DNA of 64,000 nt from Amoebophrya sp. A120 (lineage: Eukaryota > Protista > Dinoflagellata), in NCBI GenBank assembly GCA_905178155.1, contig CAJINV010000009.1:1746659-1810658 (forward strand). Reading direction: 5' to 3'. The translations under genes and the position numbers were made by a program. Under the pieces are notes generated by a model, which saw only the letters and a program-made list of their open reading frames with translations, did no database searches and was not told the origin of the DNA. Shown here one piece after another: positions 31,172 through 43,054 of this stretch (within the stretch, counting starts at the first letter, position 1; the number at the start of each line of letters is the position of its first letter).

Positions 31172-32704
31172 TTATTGTGCTTGGTTCTTCTGCCCTTGCA
31201 TCCTCGCGGCTGCTGCGGCTTTGGCCTGCGCAGCCCGTTGCGCTCGCGCAGCTTTCTCCTCCTCCAGGAGCCTTTTCCTTTCCGCCAGTATTTCCTTCTG
31301 TTCGTCCTCCCGCTTTTTGCGCTGCCGCTCTTCGTTTAGCAAGTGCGCCTCTCTGGTGCGCCGCGGGTCAGCTTCCAACACAGCGAGTGGGCGAGGCAGC
31401 TCATTGTTCGCCGCGCGGCTCTTCTCCACTGCTTCTCTGAACGAGGAGGATGATGACGACGATGTAGCAGGAGCTAGCCCACCTTCATCTGGGTTCCCAA
31501 ATCGTGCGTGCGGTCGGAAGAGGCAAGCGTCCCGATCGCGTTGCTTTTCCTCATCGGCCCGCCGCTCCCCCTCTACGCGCCAGGCCACGCAGTCCACACG
31601 CAACGCATCGCCGTCCAAGCCGACCCGCTCCCAGGTTGGCAGCAGTCTTTTGTAGTAGCCCGAGGAGGGGCGTCCCACTCCGCGGCTTCCATTGATAGTA
31701 CACACAAGCCGAGCCAGCCTCTTGATTAACACCGGATCCAATGGCTCTCTAAGAAGTGACGGATCTGCAGCTGGTTCGACATAATGCTCCTCAGATCGAG
31801 TGTGAGCGTCTCCTTCGCGAAGAGCGCTTCTACGCCTTCCATCTCCAGGATTATTTCGTCTTCGTGGACTTCTACTTCTACCATCTCCGGAAGATTCGTA
31901 GTGTTCATCTTCGCTGGCCTCTCTGTCGTCGCCGGGGCTTCCCGGACTGTGAGCCTGCCCCTGCTCCACCGGGTTTCCAATCTCGCGACAAACCGGACAC
32001 CTCAAAGACTTCTGTCGAGAAGTCGTGTTCCTCCAGCTGAGCGATGCTCTGCTCAGCATGCCAGCCACGCATTCCAGGCAGAAAACGTGCTGGCACGGAT
32101 CCAGGAATACAAGCTGGTCGGGATGTACCTCTTCAACAAACGTCTGGAGGCAGACGCTGCAGTCTCGCTGATCATAGCGCTGGCGAGCACGACTGAGTCG
32201 GTGTAAGAAGCCAATCGTGGCCGCCGGAAACGCGGTGTCCTCGCCAGGAACGTGTTCGTCCCCTTTCGCGGGGTACGGTACCGAAAATTGAGTAGCGACG
32301 GGATCCTTCCCATACCTGAGTTTCGTGAGCAATGCCTTTGCGACCCTGTCGCCCTGGTTCAGAAGCTCGTTGGCAATAGTGGCTCCACCTGTACTCCTGC
32401 TGCAACCCGCAGAACTTGTTGCAGGAGGAGTAAACAAAAGCGACCCGCTTGTCTTGTCATCATCTCCGTTTGGGTGCCTCCAGTGCAGATCTCCCGCGTA
32501 GAAGGCACGGACTTCCGCGCTTTCACGGGCCTTCGCTTCCGCATTTTCGGCATTTGCGTCCCCCTTGGCGGCGTGCTCGAGTTTCGAGGATGCCAAGCGT
32601 AGGGCGGCACGGTTCACGATTTGCAGAGCATTCTTTAGCACCACGGAATGCAGCTGGGGAATGTAGCCGCGGTCTTGACAAACCAACGACTTGCGCTTTT
32701 GCAA
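31172..32704 (-). CDS. C3HC4 RING finger protein with C-terminal coiled coil (probably the 3' part of a longer gene)
   Basis: CSVC...PCQHVFCLEC...CPVCR motif. The ORF has no ATG start. Confidence 0.8.
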   Translation of the reverse strand: MQKRKSLVCQDRGYIPQLHSVVLKNALQIVNRAALRLASSKLEHAAKGDANAENAEAKARESAEVRAFYAGDLHWRHPNGDDDKTSGSLLFTPPATSSAGCSRSTGGATIANELLNQGDRVAKALLTKLRYGKDPVATQFSVPYPAKGDEHVPGEDTAFPAATIGFLHRLSRARQRYDQRDCSVCLQTFVEEVHPDQLVFLDPCQHVFCLECVAGMLSRASLSWRNTTSRQKSLRCPVCREIGNPVEQGQAHSPGSPGDDREASEDEHYESSGDGRSRSPRRRNNPGDGRRRSALREGDAHTRSEEHYVEPAADPSLLREPLDPVLIKRLARLVCTINGSRGVGRPSSGYYKRLLPTWERVGLDGDALRVDCVAWRVEGERRADEEKQRDRDACLFRPHARFGNPDEGGLAPATSSSSSSSFREAVEKSRAANNELPRPLAVLEADPRRTREAHLLNEERQRKKREDEQKEILAERKRLLEEEKAARAQRAAQAKAAAAARMQGQKNQAQ

Positions 32705-32770
32705 CGGAATGCCAACGCGCGCTCGTCATAGACGCCGAACTCGTCGAGCCTGGTGTAGAACCACTGCTAC

Positions 32771-33365
32771 CTGACGCGGGAAGGTCGTGCAAGCCAGGCG
32801 GTCCTTGATCTGCGCAACCAGAAGTGGCTCGGCACGGAGTCGAGGAGACCGCAGGCGGGCACGGAGTTCCACCAGCCGTTGGGCACGGGGTTGGCTCGAT
32901 TTTTACAAACCCCAGCACATCTTCAAGAAACTTTCGGCAGGCAGGATTCCCCCAGCAATCGCGTAACGGCTGCGATTTCTCCCAATTCAGGTCGCCGAAG
33001 TCCGGTGAAGGCTTTGCTCCTGGAGACGAGGCGGGCTTTTGCATTTTCAGAGTAAGTCCCCCCGGTCCATGTGCATCCTCTTCGTCTGCACGCATGCTGG
33101 CGCACATCTTTTCCAAGTTGGTGGTGACTTTCTGCAGAAACTTAAGACGCTCGCCGGCGGCGTGAAAATCATCGGCTTCTGCATTGACGAGGTGCTTGAC
33201 AAAATCGGCGAAAGTGTTGGAGGTTCCTGTATCACCAGCGCGAGCCGCAACAACGGGGGCTGTTGTGTATGTCAATAGATAAAAGCAAATCAGGCACAGA
33301 CTGCTGCGCAGAAGCGGAAGCGGTCGCGCGCCGGACGGATCAGGTTTCCGTTTCTCCCAGCTCAT
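32771..33365 (-). CDS. Probable 5' exon of the RING gene, with a signal-peptide-like segment
   Basis: Reads MSWEKRK...SLCLICFYLLTYTTAPVVAA. A 49-nt GT-AG interval (32722-32770) would join it in frame to the RING ORF. Confidence 0.4.
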
Positions 33366-34696
33366 GGTGGGAGTTGTGATCCCAATATGAAGCATCTTCA
33401 CTGGGTGGCTCCAATGCGTGCCTATCGTCCTCGGCGCCCTACAACTGCAACAAATGTTTTTGCTGCAAATCAATCGGCGGGCTGCTCGCTTCTTCAGGCG
33501 AACGATATCTATGTTCCTGCTTGTTGAAAAAGAATGACGTGTGCGCTTCTTAAGGTGAGCGGGAAAAATCCTCTCGCATACTACTAAGCAATCCTGAAGG
33601 TAAGAATATCTGCAGAAGAGTGAACCCCTCCGCACACCAGGTGACGTTTCACCGCTTGTTGAAAAAGAAAATCAAAATCATGTTGAAGTTGATAAATGCT
33701 GACCGGCACGGGGTTCAATCACAAAAGATAAAGATGTATTCTATTCATTGGTTGTAAGAAAACCGTTTTCTGAGAAAATGAAAAATCAAAATTAGAAAGA
33801 CTGTATGTGCAGCTGGTACTGCATCTATAGTTTCATCGCACGTAGAAAATGAAAAATGAAAATCCAAGCGGCACTGCGTCATTGATTCCAAAGTTTCTTG
33901 CTGTTGCTGCGCTGCACATGCAATTGCAACAATCTCACGCTGTGAATCGGGTCTTTGACTTTGGATATGGTAGTCGTTGCCAGACGGATTTCTGCTGTGC
34001 TCCTTGTCCAGGCTCCAACACAAATACTAGTGCAGCGCTTTGAAATCAGTTTACTTATAGGAGTGTCGACACTACTACTTCTACTAGACGGGATCTCGAT
34101 CTGCTTGCTTCTGCATCTGTACCTGTAGTCGTAGCTACAATACGCATTAAAAAGCCTGTCGGTCTTCGATGTACTCATGTTAATACATGTTCTTGATCCA
34201 CATCAACATCCACCTGATCTTGTCTACTCGCAAGAAGCGACCACGGAAAAGAAGGAGCGACCTTGTCTTCACGGCTGTCTTGTTCAATGATAATTAGTAG
34301 TTCCCAGCACTCTTGGTGGTCTTGTCACTGTTACTTTCTAATTCTAGGCAAGGAGAGGGACAGCAAGAAATTGGATTGAGGTCCAGGCGGTTTCATCCTT
34401 GGTTTGATTACACAATGTAGTGCTACAAGGCAGTCGCTTGAGTCTGACGAAGGTCGTCAAAGAAACTAACACGGCTGACGGCGACAATCATTGAGATCAA
34501 GGCCTAGATATCTGGTGGTGATGGAGAATAGTATCGGGAAAGCAAAATACTTCGTGTTCGTTTTTTTATTACGAGTATCAAATTTCACTGGAGACCATGT
34601 TAATACCTATCGTTATCAGCTGTGCAAGAAAGAAGGAAACGTAAACAAAGTGGCTATCGCTCCATCTGTACTTGTTCTGTCCGTGAAAGTAGAAAG

Positions 34697-36751
34697 TCAG
34701 CTCGGTTTGGGTTTTGGTTTACACTTCATGAGGGCCTGACGGACGCAGGTGCAGACCACATCACCATGCTGGTTAAACATGGTGTGCTCCAGCGTGACGA
34801 TGCCCTGGCCCGGCCTGGATTTGGACTCTCGGTTTTCCAGCACCACGGTCTCCGCACACAGCGTGTCTAGCGGGAACACTGGTTTCGGAAATACCACCTT
34901 CGAGAAGCCCAGGTTCGCGATGGTGGTGCCATGTGTCGTCTCCAACACTGTCATGCCCACGAGCAACGCGAGCGTGAACATCGAGTTGAAGAGCGGCTTT
35001 CCGCCAAACTCGCTAGATTTCGCCGCGAGCGTGTGGTCCAAGTGGATGGGGGCCGGATTTAGGGTCAGGCAAGTGAAAAACACGTTGTCCGCTTCGGTCA
35101 CGGTGCGCGTGAGCGCGTGCGGAATCTTCAGTCCAACGCGGAGCTCCTCCAGGAACTTCCCGTGGTAGACCGGTTCTGGCGGTTTTCGCTTCAAAGCCGC
35201 TTGTTCCGGCTCAGTTGGCTTATCATTTATTTTTGCACGACCCTCGTTCTTCATCGACACAGTTGTACTCTTTGGTGCAGGGTCTTCGGCGCGCCCACTG
35301 ATCTCCACGCCGGACTGCTTTCCTCTTTGCAAAATCTTTTTCGCGCGCGTGTAGTGGGGGAGGTCCACCATTTGGTTCTTGTATACCACGGCGCCTTTCG
35401 TAGCCTCCGCGGACTCGAACAGTGCCACAATTTCCTCCGCCTCCTGCATTTCCATGCTGGTCGGCGAGAAGAGTTTCGTCAGCTGCTCAATCTGTAGCGG
35501 GTGCAGGGAGAGCTTCCCGTCGAACCCCATTTGCTTGGCCTCGGTGGTTTCGTGCGCAAAGCCCGACCCATCCTTCACGTCCGTGAAAACGCCATCGATG
35601 GCCTGGATATTTGCGGCTTTCGCAGCGAGCAGACACTGGGTTCGTACGTTCTGGAATACGGGGAGGTAAGAGGACGTGGACGATGTAGTTGACGGATTCT
35701 TTGAAGATACGGCTCCCATGTTGATCGTCTCCACTGCGCTTGTTCGCGTGCTCGTCGCTCCGATCGCTGCGGACAGATCTTCGCACCCCCAGGTAATTGC
35801 TGCTATCCGGTCGCTGCCCGCGGCGATCTCCTGCAGATTCAGCACGGCCAGGGGGGTCTCGGTCGCGATGGGCAGAAGGACGTGGTCAGGCCGGAGCAAA
35901 CCGCTGTTCTCCAACAGATCCAAGTCCTGTTTCGAGCTGATCTTCGGCAGCATGAAGCCATCGGCAAGCTGCGCAGCTCGAAGATCGTCGTGCCAGAACT
36001 CGGAGTCCAGCGGGTTGATGCGCACCAGAATTTCCGGGTGGGGGAGCGAAGAGCCCGAGCCTTCTCCTTTGCCGTGAGCAGAAAGAGATGAAACAAGAGA
36101 GGACGATGAAGTTCTTCTTGCGTCGATGTTCTTCTGTAGGAAGTCTTGCACCAGCTGCCGGCCGCGCTGCTTGTTGGGAAGTAGCACCGAGTCTTCGAGA
36201 TCCAACACCAACGTGTCGGCGTTCAAGCTCAGACATTTCTGCAGGAACTTCTCGCTGTCCCCGGGGACAAAGTGCACCGACCGTCGCAGACGGTTTTTCT
36301 TGTCGGGGGGTATTCTAATGGTCGTACTGAACAAGCACGATTTCTGTAGTTGATGTGCCGTGGTTGCACCAAACAAACGGGACGAACAAGCTCGGTTTGT
36401 GAAGAGTGTGCGGTTGGAGAGGCTGACGAAATGTTGATGTGCTTCACTGCAAACACTTGTTCTGCCCGTACAACAGCGAGAACTGCTGTTGATAGCCGCG
36501 CTTGCGCGCAAAAACAATGGGAAGGAGGTCGTGGACAGTGCAACAGGCCGTCTGCAAGATTGATACTTGTAGGAAGGGTAAGTAGAGTGGTTTCTAATCG
36601 AGGACATCCTTCTACTAGCACTGCCACATTGGCGCTGCTGCAAACTCGAGCAGACCGCAACTACCGGGGCCTCGGGCGTCGGGTTGAACGAGGAGGCTCG
36701 GGCGCCACTCTTTAGCAGCGACTGATGAAACTGGAGACGGAGAGCGACCAT
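34697..36751 (-). CDS. CitE/HpcH-family acyl-CoA lyase fused to a MaoC (hotdog) hydratase, with a transit-peptide-like leader
   Basis: CitE motifs [47 protein letters not shown]. MaoC motifs [48 protein letters not shown]. The leader from MVALRLQ is Ser/Arg-rich and poor in acidic residues. Confidence 0.9.
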   Translation of the reverse strand: MVALRLQFHQSLLKSGARASSFNPTPEAPVVAVCSSLQQRQCGSASRRMSSIRNHSTYPSYKYQSCRRPVALSTTSFPLFLRASAAINSSSRCCTGRTSVCSEAHQHFVSLSNRTLFTNRACSSRLFGATTAHQLQKSCLFSTTIRIPPDKKNRLRRSVHFVPGDSEKFLQKCLSLNADTLVLDLEDSVLLPNKQRGRQLVQDFLQKNIDARRTSSSSLVSSLSAHGKGEGSGSSLPHPEILVRINPLDSEFWHDDLRAAQLADGFMLPKISSKQDLDLLENSGLLRPDHVLLPIATETPLAVLNLQEIAAGSDRIAAITWGCEDLSAAIGATSTRTSAVETINMGAVSSKNPSTTSSTSSYLPVFQNVRTQCLLAAKAANIQAIDGVFTDVKDGSGFAHETTEAKQMGFDGKLSLHPLQIEQLTKLFSPTSMEMQEAEEIVALFESAEATKGAVVYKNQMVDLPHYTRAKKILQRGKQSGVEISGRAEDPAPKSTTVSMKNEGRAKINDKPTEPEQAALKRKPPEPVYHGKFLEELRVGLKIPHALTRTVTEADNVFFTCLTLNPAPIHLDHTLAAKSSEFGGKPLFNSMFTLALLVGMTVLETTHGTTIANLGFSKVVFPKPVFPLDTLCAETVVLENRESKSRPGQGIVTLEHTMFNQHGDVVCTCVRQALMKCKPKPKPS

Positions 36752-39050
36752 CTTGCTTGTACAAACAAAGGTAGATAGTTGTAGAGCACAAGAAGAACAG
36801 GCACCACTACAACTTGCCCTTATCTTTATCCAAACCCGTAGCGACGGAAGATCGATGAAATACGAATACCAGCTTCTTTCGTCATTATTTCCATTTCCAT
36901 TATACATTTGACTTTTGTCTGTTGCACATCCACTTACTACAAACATATTGAAGTTGATTTGTTTCTCATCATGTACCGCTCGCTGATGCCTCACGCACCT
37001 CTCTCGTCGTTTGCGCTTGCTCTTCACACTGATGCACCACCACTGGATGTCGTTGGTGCCTAAACTACATCTACAGCTTCAGGTGCTCGCTTAGAAATTT
37101 GGGAAAGGAGCCAGCGGACGTTTGGACGCTCAGAAAGTGAATTTTTCCTTCCCGCAATGGCAAGAGATCACATCATCTAAGAACATCAATCAGGGGAACG
37201 CGAACGTAGAAGTACGAAATAGCGATAGACGAACACCTAGACCACGCACCAGAATGTTGCGGGGGGTCGTCTTGCAGCTTTTGGAGGCGGTCACGAGACG
37301 AGTGCGACCTACTGGCTTTGTTCGAGAAGTCTATAGCTTTTTCTTTCTGTAAGTGTAACATGTACAAGTAGTGGAAAAGGTAAGTATTACACTTTCCAAG
37401 TACATGATACTTGTGTTGGTTCTTTGGGGCTCCTGCTCAGTCTGGGATTAGAGCAGAGCTGTCTTGATGAAGTTCATCATACATAAAATTGAAAGGACAC
37501 CGCAGTAGAAGTTGTAGAGGACGGCAAGTAGCTTCTTGCTACTGTGTTGACTAATTTCGTTGATGATCTACAACTTGTGGTCCGAGACCAAGTTGTGGAC
37601 CACGAGATATCTTTTACAGACCTCCTGACCCTGCTGAGTACCTCAGGTCTTCAAAAAGTCGGCGCTTCCTCTACTAATATAAATATATACCTTCTACTTC
37701 AGTAGTTCTAGTACTAGTTCCTATAACTACCCTTAGAGTTAGACTTGGCAACGAAGGTCTAGATTGTCCACTTCAACTTCTGGGGGGCAGCTGCGTATGC
37801 GGCGGGATAGCGCCGGGATGCATCAGGTTGCTGGTGCGGCAATCCATCACATACGGAGCAGCAGCGCCCCACGCCATCCAAAGACCTTCTTTGTATATGG
37901 CTTTTACCGATCTCTCATCCTTGAATAGTAGTGATTCTCTATCTCTTTCGTCACGTCATGCCCTTGATAGGGAAGATCCACCCAAAAGCAAAAGGTCAAA
38001 CACCCGCGCCAAAGCTACTTGTGCGAAACCAAACAGAAACCCCACTGAATGCATAACAAGTACCATCGGCCCGGGTGCATGGGTATTACCCGCAAGAAAA
38101 AGGTCAAAAAGTGGCGCAATAAGTTGTCGTGCAAGCTACCGCGCTGGGTGTTGTTTGGACCTTCCAGATCAGAGAAAAATGGTTTCCTGGACGTATCTAT
38201 AATTTATCGCTTGCACCACGAACGGAACGAACCTGGCCTCTACGATTCGCGTTGCTTACTCTGTCCAAGAAACACGCATGTCAGTGACGAGATCGAGACA
38301 AAGCATTAGCGAGCAGTCTTAGTGTCTGTGTCATACTCATAGTAGACCCGTCTCTCTCTCGGGTGGATTGAGAGAAAAAGCGTGTCAATGAAATAAAATC
38401 ATACATGTGAAGATAATCATATGTAGCTTTTTGTGTTGTACAGTACTTCCATGAGTTTATTTTTAGTCTTGATGTTCTTTTTTCTGACGTCGCAATACTG
38501 GCTGTAAGTAACGAATTATGGCTGCTGATGGTGCTCCTGCGTCGCAACTTCCTTTTTTCGATAAAAAAAGAAAAAAGAGAGACGCGGTCACGGAGATCGT
38601 ATAACTACAACTGTCTGCAGAAATAAATCATACACGTCGATCAAAAGAGAGAGGTGGTCACGGCAGGAGCAGTCGTAACCCTAACGAGAGCTGCAACTTG
38701 CTCACTTCTCGTTTCGTGGGCCTTGACAGTGTGCAGCAAGCTGTGGCCCCACCAGCAAATCAAAAATCAGTCAAGGCGGCAGCTCCACGTCAACCAAAAG
38801 TTTTTGCAGCGGCACTGCACGCACCTCTTGCAAGAAAGTTCAGAGGTCCACCTTGTCCGCGTCGTGCTAAAGAGTGTGAACCATATGCATATACTCCTTT
38901 CCGATGGGTCTTAAGTCTTCCGTAATTTATTTTTATTATGATTTCTAGCACCACTACCTCTTTCAGGTTACCGCCCAATGAACTTGAGAGCCAGCATTCC
39001 TCGAAGCAAAAAAGTATAAAAAAGGAGCGTGCGGATGCGAGTGCCGTTCC

Positions 39051-41483
39051 TTAGATTGGGTCTGGCCTCGGCGTTCGCAAAGTCGCACGGCCTTCCTTCG
39101 CGGCGACCCACTCGTTAAGAAACACGACGTCGCTCCCGATAGTGGGCAGATTGAGTCCGCAGACCGAGATAAAGTCGTAGCCCTCGTCAAGCGTGGACAA
39201 ATTGATCTGGCCGCCATTCTCGGTGAGGTCCGGGTTGTCAACGTCACTCTCGCTTTCGCGGCCGCGCGGCATGTCAAAGCTATTGCGGCGACCACGTGCG
39301 TTTCTGTAGGCGGCTTTTTTGCGCGCCCGCCAGTGGTTCGTTGCCCCAAAAAGATAGGTTCCTTCGTCGTCCAGGTTTTCCTTCAATTCCCAGCGTACCT
39401 CCTTCTGTCGCCGAGCGAGTACGTCATTCAGGCTCGTTTCCTTCTGTGCCCCGGAGGGACTGCCGCGCGTCATCACTTCGGGCATGATTGCGGTACCGGT
39501 GTTCTTCATATAATCATCGAAAGCTCGCAAATTGTCTGCATACTCAGGGCTCCGCCAGTCGGCGGCCAACCGAGCTTGTCGCGCGCCTGCAGTCCGACTC
39601 CTGCGGACATCCCAAAAGCGGTCAAGGTAGAAGTTCTGCTTTTCCCTCAGGGCATCCGCATCCAATGCCACGACGCACTCCTCTCCAACGCGCGTTTCTT
39701 TTTTCACCTCCGTCAGGCTAAATAACCCTTGCTGTAGGTTCGTGAAGTAAACTCCGGGTCCGAGAATGGCATTTGCTGCGTCATTCGAAGGCCTCAATGT
39801 GCCGGAGGTTCTGATCGCTAGATGAAAAGTAACGATGGTGTAATGATACAGAATCTTAGGCGTGCCGAAGATCGTGCGGTCAAATCCCCAGTGTCCCATG
39901 CCCATTTTGTTGGCGTCAGAGTGCGGATTGTTGAATGTTTTCGTGCCGCTGGTGGGGTTATTCCACGTGTCATTGCTCGTTTGCATGATTCTGCGTCCCA
40001 CGCGAATGCGAGCCAATACAAGCGCCCAAAACATTGTCATCACGAGTTTGCGCATCTTCTGCTCGGATAGTACGTAGTACGTGGAGACCCAGGCTGCGCT
40101 GTCGGCGTCCGTGATGCCTGTGGTGTCCAGGTCGTATTGCTGGAACAAATCGTCCATGTCTTGGTGGTGAACACGGACGGACAGCAAGTCCTCAAACCGG
40201 GCCTTCAGGCGGTACTTGAGCGCGTTGACTTGCAGGGCGTTCCAGCTACTCGACCAGCTTTGGACACTGCTATTCCACACCGTGTTCAAGTCCTTCGGCC
40301 GAGTATATTGCTGCGGTGCCTCGGCGGTGCCCGTTGTCAACTGGTCGGTCAGTTTGGAGATGGCCCACTTTTTGTCCCAAATGGTATCCAAATACCAGGT
40401 TACACCGTTCATGGACTCGTAGTAGGTAGTATGCCAAATACTGACAGCAAACGGCACGATCGAAAGAACTTGCTTGTACGCGAGGTGAACGCGGTCCTGT
40501 GTGATGTTCTCGCGGAAGTGGTGCTTCAGGGTTTCGTTCGCCGTAGCGTTTAGAATTGTATCCGCACTCCCACCGGCCTTGAACGGATCTTTTTCGTGCG
40601 CGTCATACGCTAGCCAGCGAAGCCACGTGTCGCGCGCCGCGCTTCCCCGGTTGGCCTGCGTCGTAGTCCGATGAGAACCAAAATTGGTCAAATTGGCTGG
40701 CTTCGCCGCCGGCTTCGGACCAAATTTGGGGGTCGTCACCGCAGGCAGGTCTACCGCATCGTCTGGGTCGTTGCTCACGATTCTGCTGAGCTGTTTCGGA
40801 GCCGAGCGATTTCCAGCGGGCGGGCCCGGCGGCGGCGGCGGATTTGTCGGGCCCGGGGGCGGGCCCGGTGGCGGGCTTGGAGGACTTGTTCCGGGTTGGG
40901 GATTCGGATTTGGTCCGGGTTGGGGATTTGGATTTGCCGGCCCCGGCTGGTTGGGGTTATTGTTAATGGAATTCGCAGCACAAGCAACGACAACGGCGAT
41001 AATACCGCCGGCCACAAGAACCGACCCGACGACGATCAGAATGATCACCCACACTGGACATCCACACCCGTTCCGCCCACGAGGTGGCTCGACTACCTCT
41101 TGCTCGTCAACAAGGTGAACTGTTCCGTCTTCGGCATAGTAGTATTGCGGAGGTTGAGCAGGGCCCTGCGGAGGAGGAGTCCTGTGGTCGGTGTAGTACT
41201 GATTTTGTGCAGCCCCTTGTTGCGGTTGTTGCTGGTACTGTTGAAGAGGAGCAGGAGATGGAGCAAGCAACGGGGCCGCCTCGCCGACGCCTCCGGTATT
41301 ACCTTGATAATGGTAAACATGCTCTACTTGAGCGGCAGGCTGCTGTTGCGGTTGCAGATGCTGCTGCACTCCAGGACCCTGATGCTGCTCAGGCTGCGCG
41401 ACATGGCCGACACTAGTCGCTTCCCCATGGAGTTCTTCGCCTGGACCGGCGTGCGCCACGATATTTTGCTGGTTTTCTTGCAT
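39051..41483 (-). CDS. Single-pass membrane protein with Pro-rich stalk and putative HYD1-type ADP-ribosyltransferase domain
   Basis: TM segment VWVIILIVVGSVLVAGGIIAVVVACAA, then a PNP/PPG stalk, then LYHYT..IRTSGTLRPS..GPGVYFTNL. Confidence 0.7.
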   Translation of the reverse strand: MQENQQNIVAHAGPGEELHGEATSVGHVAQPEQHQGPGVQQHLQPQQQPAAQVEHVYHYQGNTGGVGEAAPLLAPSPAPLQQYQQQPQQGAAQNQYYTDHRTPPPQGPAQPPQYYYAEDGTVHLVDEQEVVEPPRGRNGCGCPVWVIILIVVGSVLVAGGIIAVVVACAANSINNNPNQPGPANPNPQPGPNPNPQPGTSPPSPPPGPPPGPTNPPPPPGPPAGNRSAPKQLSRIVSNDPDDAVDLPAVTTPKFGPKPAAKPANLTNFGSHRTTTQANRGSAARDTWLRWLAYDAHEKDPFKAGGSADTILNATANETLKHHFRENITQDRVHLAYKQVLSIVPFAVSIWHTTYYESMNGVTWYLDTIWDKKWAISKLTDQLTTGTAEAPQQYTRPKDLNTVWNSSVQSWSSSWNALQVNALKYRLKARFEDLLSVRVHHQDMDDLFQQYDLDTTGITDADSAAWVSTYYVLSEQKMRKLVMTMFWALVLARIRVGRRIMQTSNDTWNNPTSGTKTFNNPHSDANKMGMGHWGFDRTIFGTPKILYHYTIVTFHLAIRTSGTLRPSNDAANAILGPGVYFTNLQQGLFSLTEVKKETRVGEECVVALDADALREKQNFYLDRFWDVRRSRTAGARQARLAADWRSPEYADNLRAFDDYMKNTGTAIMPEVMTRGSPSGAQKETSLNDVLARRQKEVRWELKENLDDEGTYLFGATNHWRARKKAAYRNARGRRNSFDMPRGRESESDVDNPDLTENGGQINLSTLDEGYDFISVCGLNLPTIGSDVVFLNEWVAAKEGRATLRTPRPDPI

Positions 41484-42613
41484 TTTGATTTTCAAATTAT
41501 GCCGATGATGAGAAGACAAATATTCTGCAACAAAATAAGCACCAAACTTGCAGGTGAGACAAAAGATGCGCAAAATATTATATTGCTATTGTACAAAATA
41601 TAAGTAAATGGAAGATAGATAAGACGACGGCCTGTTCTATGCAAAATCAGACAGGCCGATCAAAGAGCGGAACAATTTTTATTTTTGATTTGAAATCTTA
41701 CACAAAAAAGTTTGCAGTTCGAGTTATTCTTGTTCTTTATGGCAATACATAGCAATATGAGTGTCGTTTTTGCAATTGATGTAGCACACAGCCAAAAAAG
41801 TGATGAAATGACAATCAGAATAAAAACGTATATATATGGCGCAAGCTTCTTCGGTACTGTAAAAGCTACCAAGGTCAGAATAAAAACAAAATGACTGCGT
41901 TTGATTGACAATGCACAGAGTGGTGAAACAAACTCGACGTTGGGCCGTCCAAAAACCGATTGCGCGAATGAAAAATCAAGATCAACTGAATTTCCAATTT
42001 TTAATATTAAAAGCGCAGCTTCATTATGATCGAAAGGAGTTCGTTATGAAGTGGATCTTTGGCTTTGCCTGTATTACTGGTCTACTTGCTTTATCTTATG
42101 CTTTCTGGATCAGGATCGCTTTTGCTGCCTTTGGTTTCGCTTTCAATTTCACGAACGACTAAAAATATAGGATCGGATCGCTTTGCTGCGCATGATCGCT
42201 TATAATTTGCGCGATGACATACAGGAGAGTAAGACAGAACCTGAACAGGGTTATCGATCTTCATCGACCTCCCAGGAATGCTCTTTTCTTTTAAGTATTC
42301 AATTATCAACAGTACCGCAGTTGATCTTGATGACAGCGCGTTTTGCATGCTGCCCTTGCTTACTTTTTCAGCATGCTGGCGGTCAACACTTCATCATCAT
42401 CTATGTATCTATATTTGCAGGTTGTTCAACGTACGTGCAGATGAAGCTCGCTAGCGATTTTAACTTTTTCGATCATTCCAGCTCTCGCATTGCAAAGCTG
42501 AAGCTGGTATAAAAAAGAAAAAACGATATAGATGATAGTGATACTTAATAGTGTACTTTATACGAAAGGAAAAAGATAGGTAAAGAAGTAGAGGAACAAG
42601 CGTGGCTGCAGCG

Positions 42614-43054
42614 CTATCCATACTTTACAAGCCAAGACTTTGACCTGACCGGCCTACTGGGTCGACCAAATTGCACTGATCCTTTCCCGTTCTGGTTCTG
42701 TCCCTGGCTCAGTTCCGGCTTATCCCACTGCGCCGTCCTGGTTTTACTGTTGTAATAATAGCACACAGGTTCTTCCGTCCCACCCTGCAGCTGGATCACG
42801 GGCTGCCCCTTAGCTTGGACCACGAACCAGGTGTGAGTTCTGTCCTCTGGCACCTTCTTAATCAATTCGTGTTTTGTGTGCACGGCAGCCTGCGTCCGGT
42901 GCTTTTCTTGCTGGAAATCCACCGCCTTTTCGTGGGTTGACCGGATCACTTGGGCGAGAATCTTCAGCTTGTCCTTCCGGGGAAGATCGCTGATGTCCTT
43001 GGACGTCCATGAGTCCTCAAGGGCGCTATTCAGACCCATAATTTCAAAAGACAC
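42614..43054 (-). CDS. Small WW-domain-like protein (5' end uncertain)
   Basis: W...YYYNSKTRTAQWDKP matches the WW signature. Confidence 0.55.
   Translation of the reverse strand: MSFEIMGLNSALEDSWTSKDISDLPRKDKLKILAQVIRSTHEKAVDFQQEKHRTQAAVHTKHELIKKVPEDRTHTWFVVQAKGQPVIQLQGGTEEPVCYYYNSKTRTAQWDKPELSQGQNQNGKGSVQFGRPSRPVRSKSWLVKYG

Noticed and set aside
37820-37880. Gag-like zinc knuckle (CWCGNPSHTEQQRP) on the plus strand
   Set aside because: The spacing is wrong, the last Cys is missing, and there is no LTR or pol nearby.
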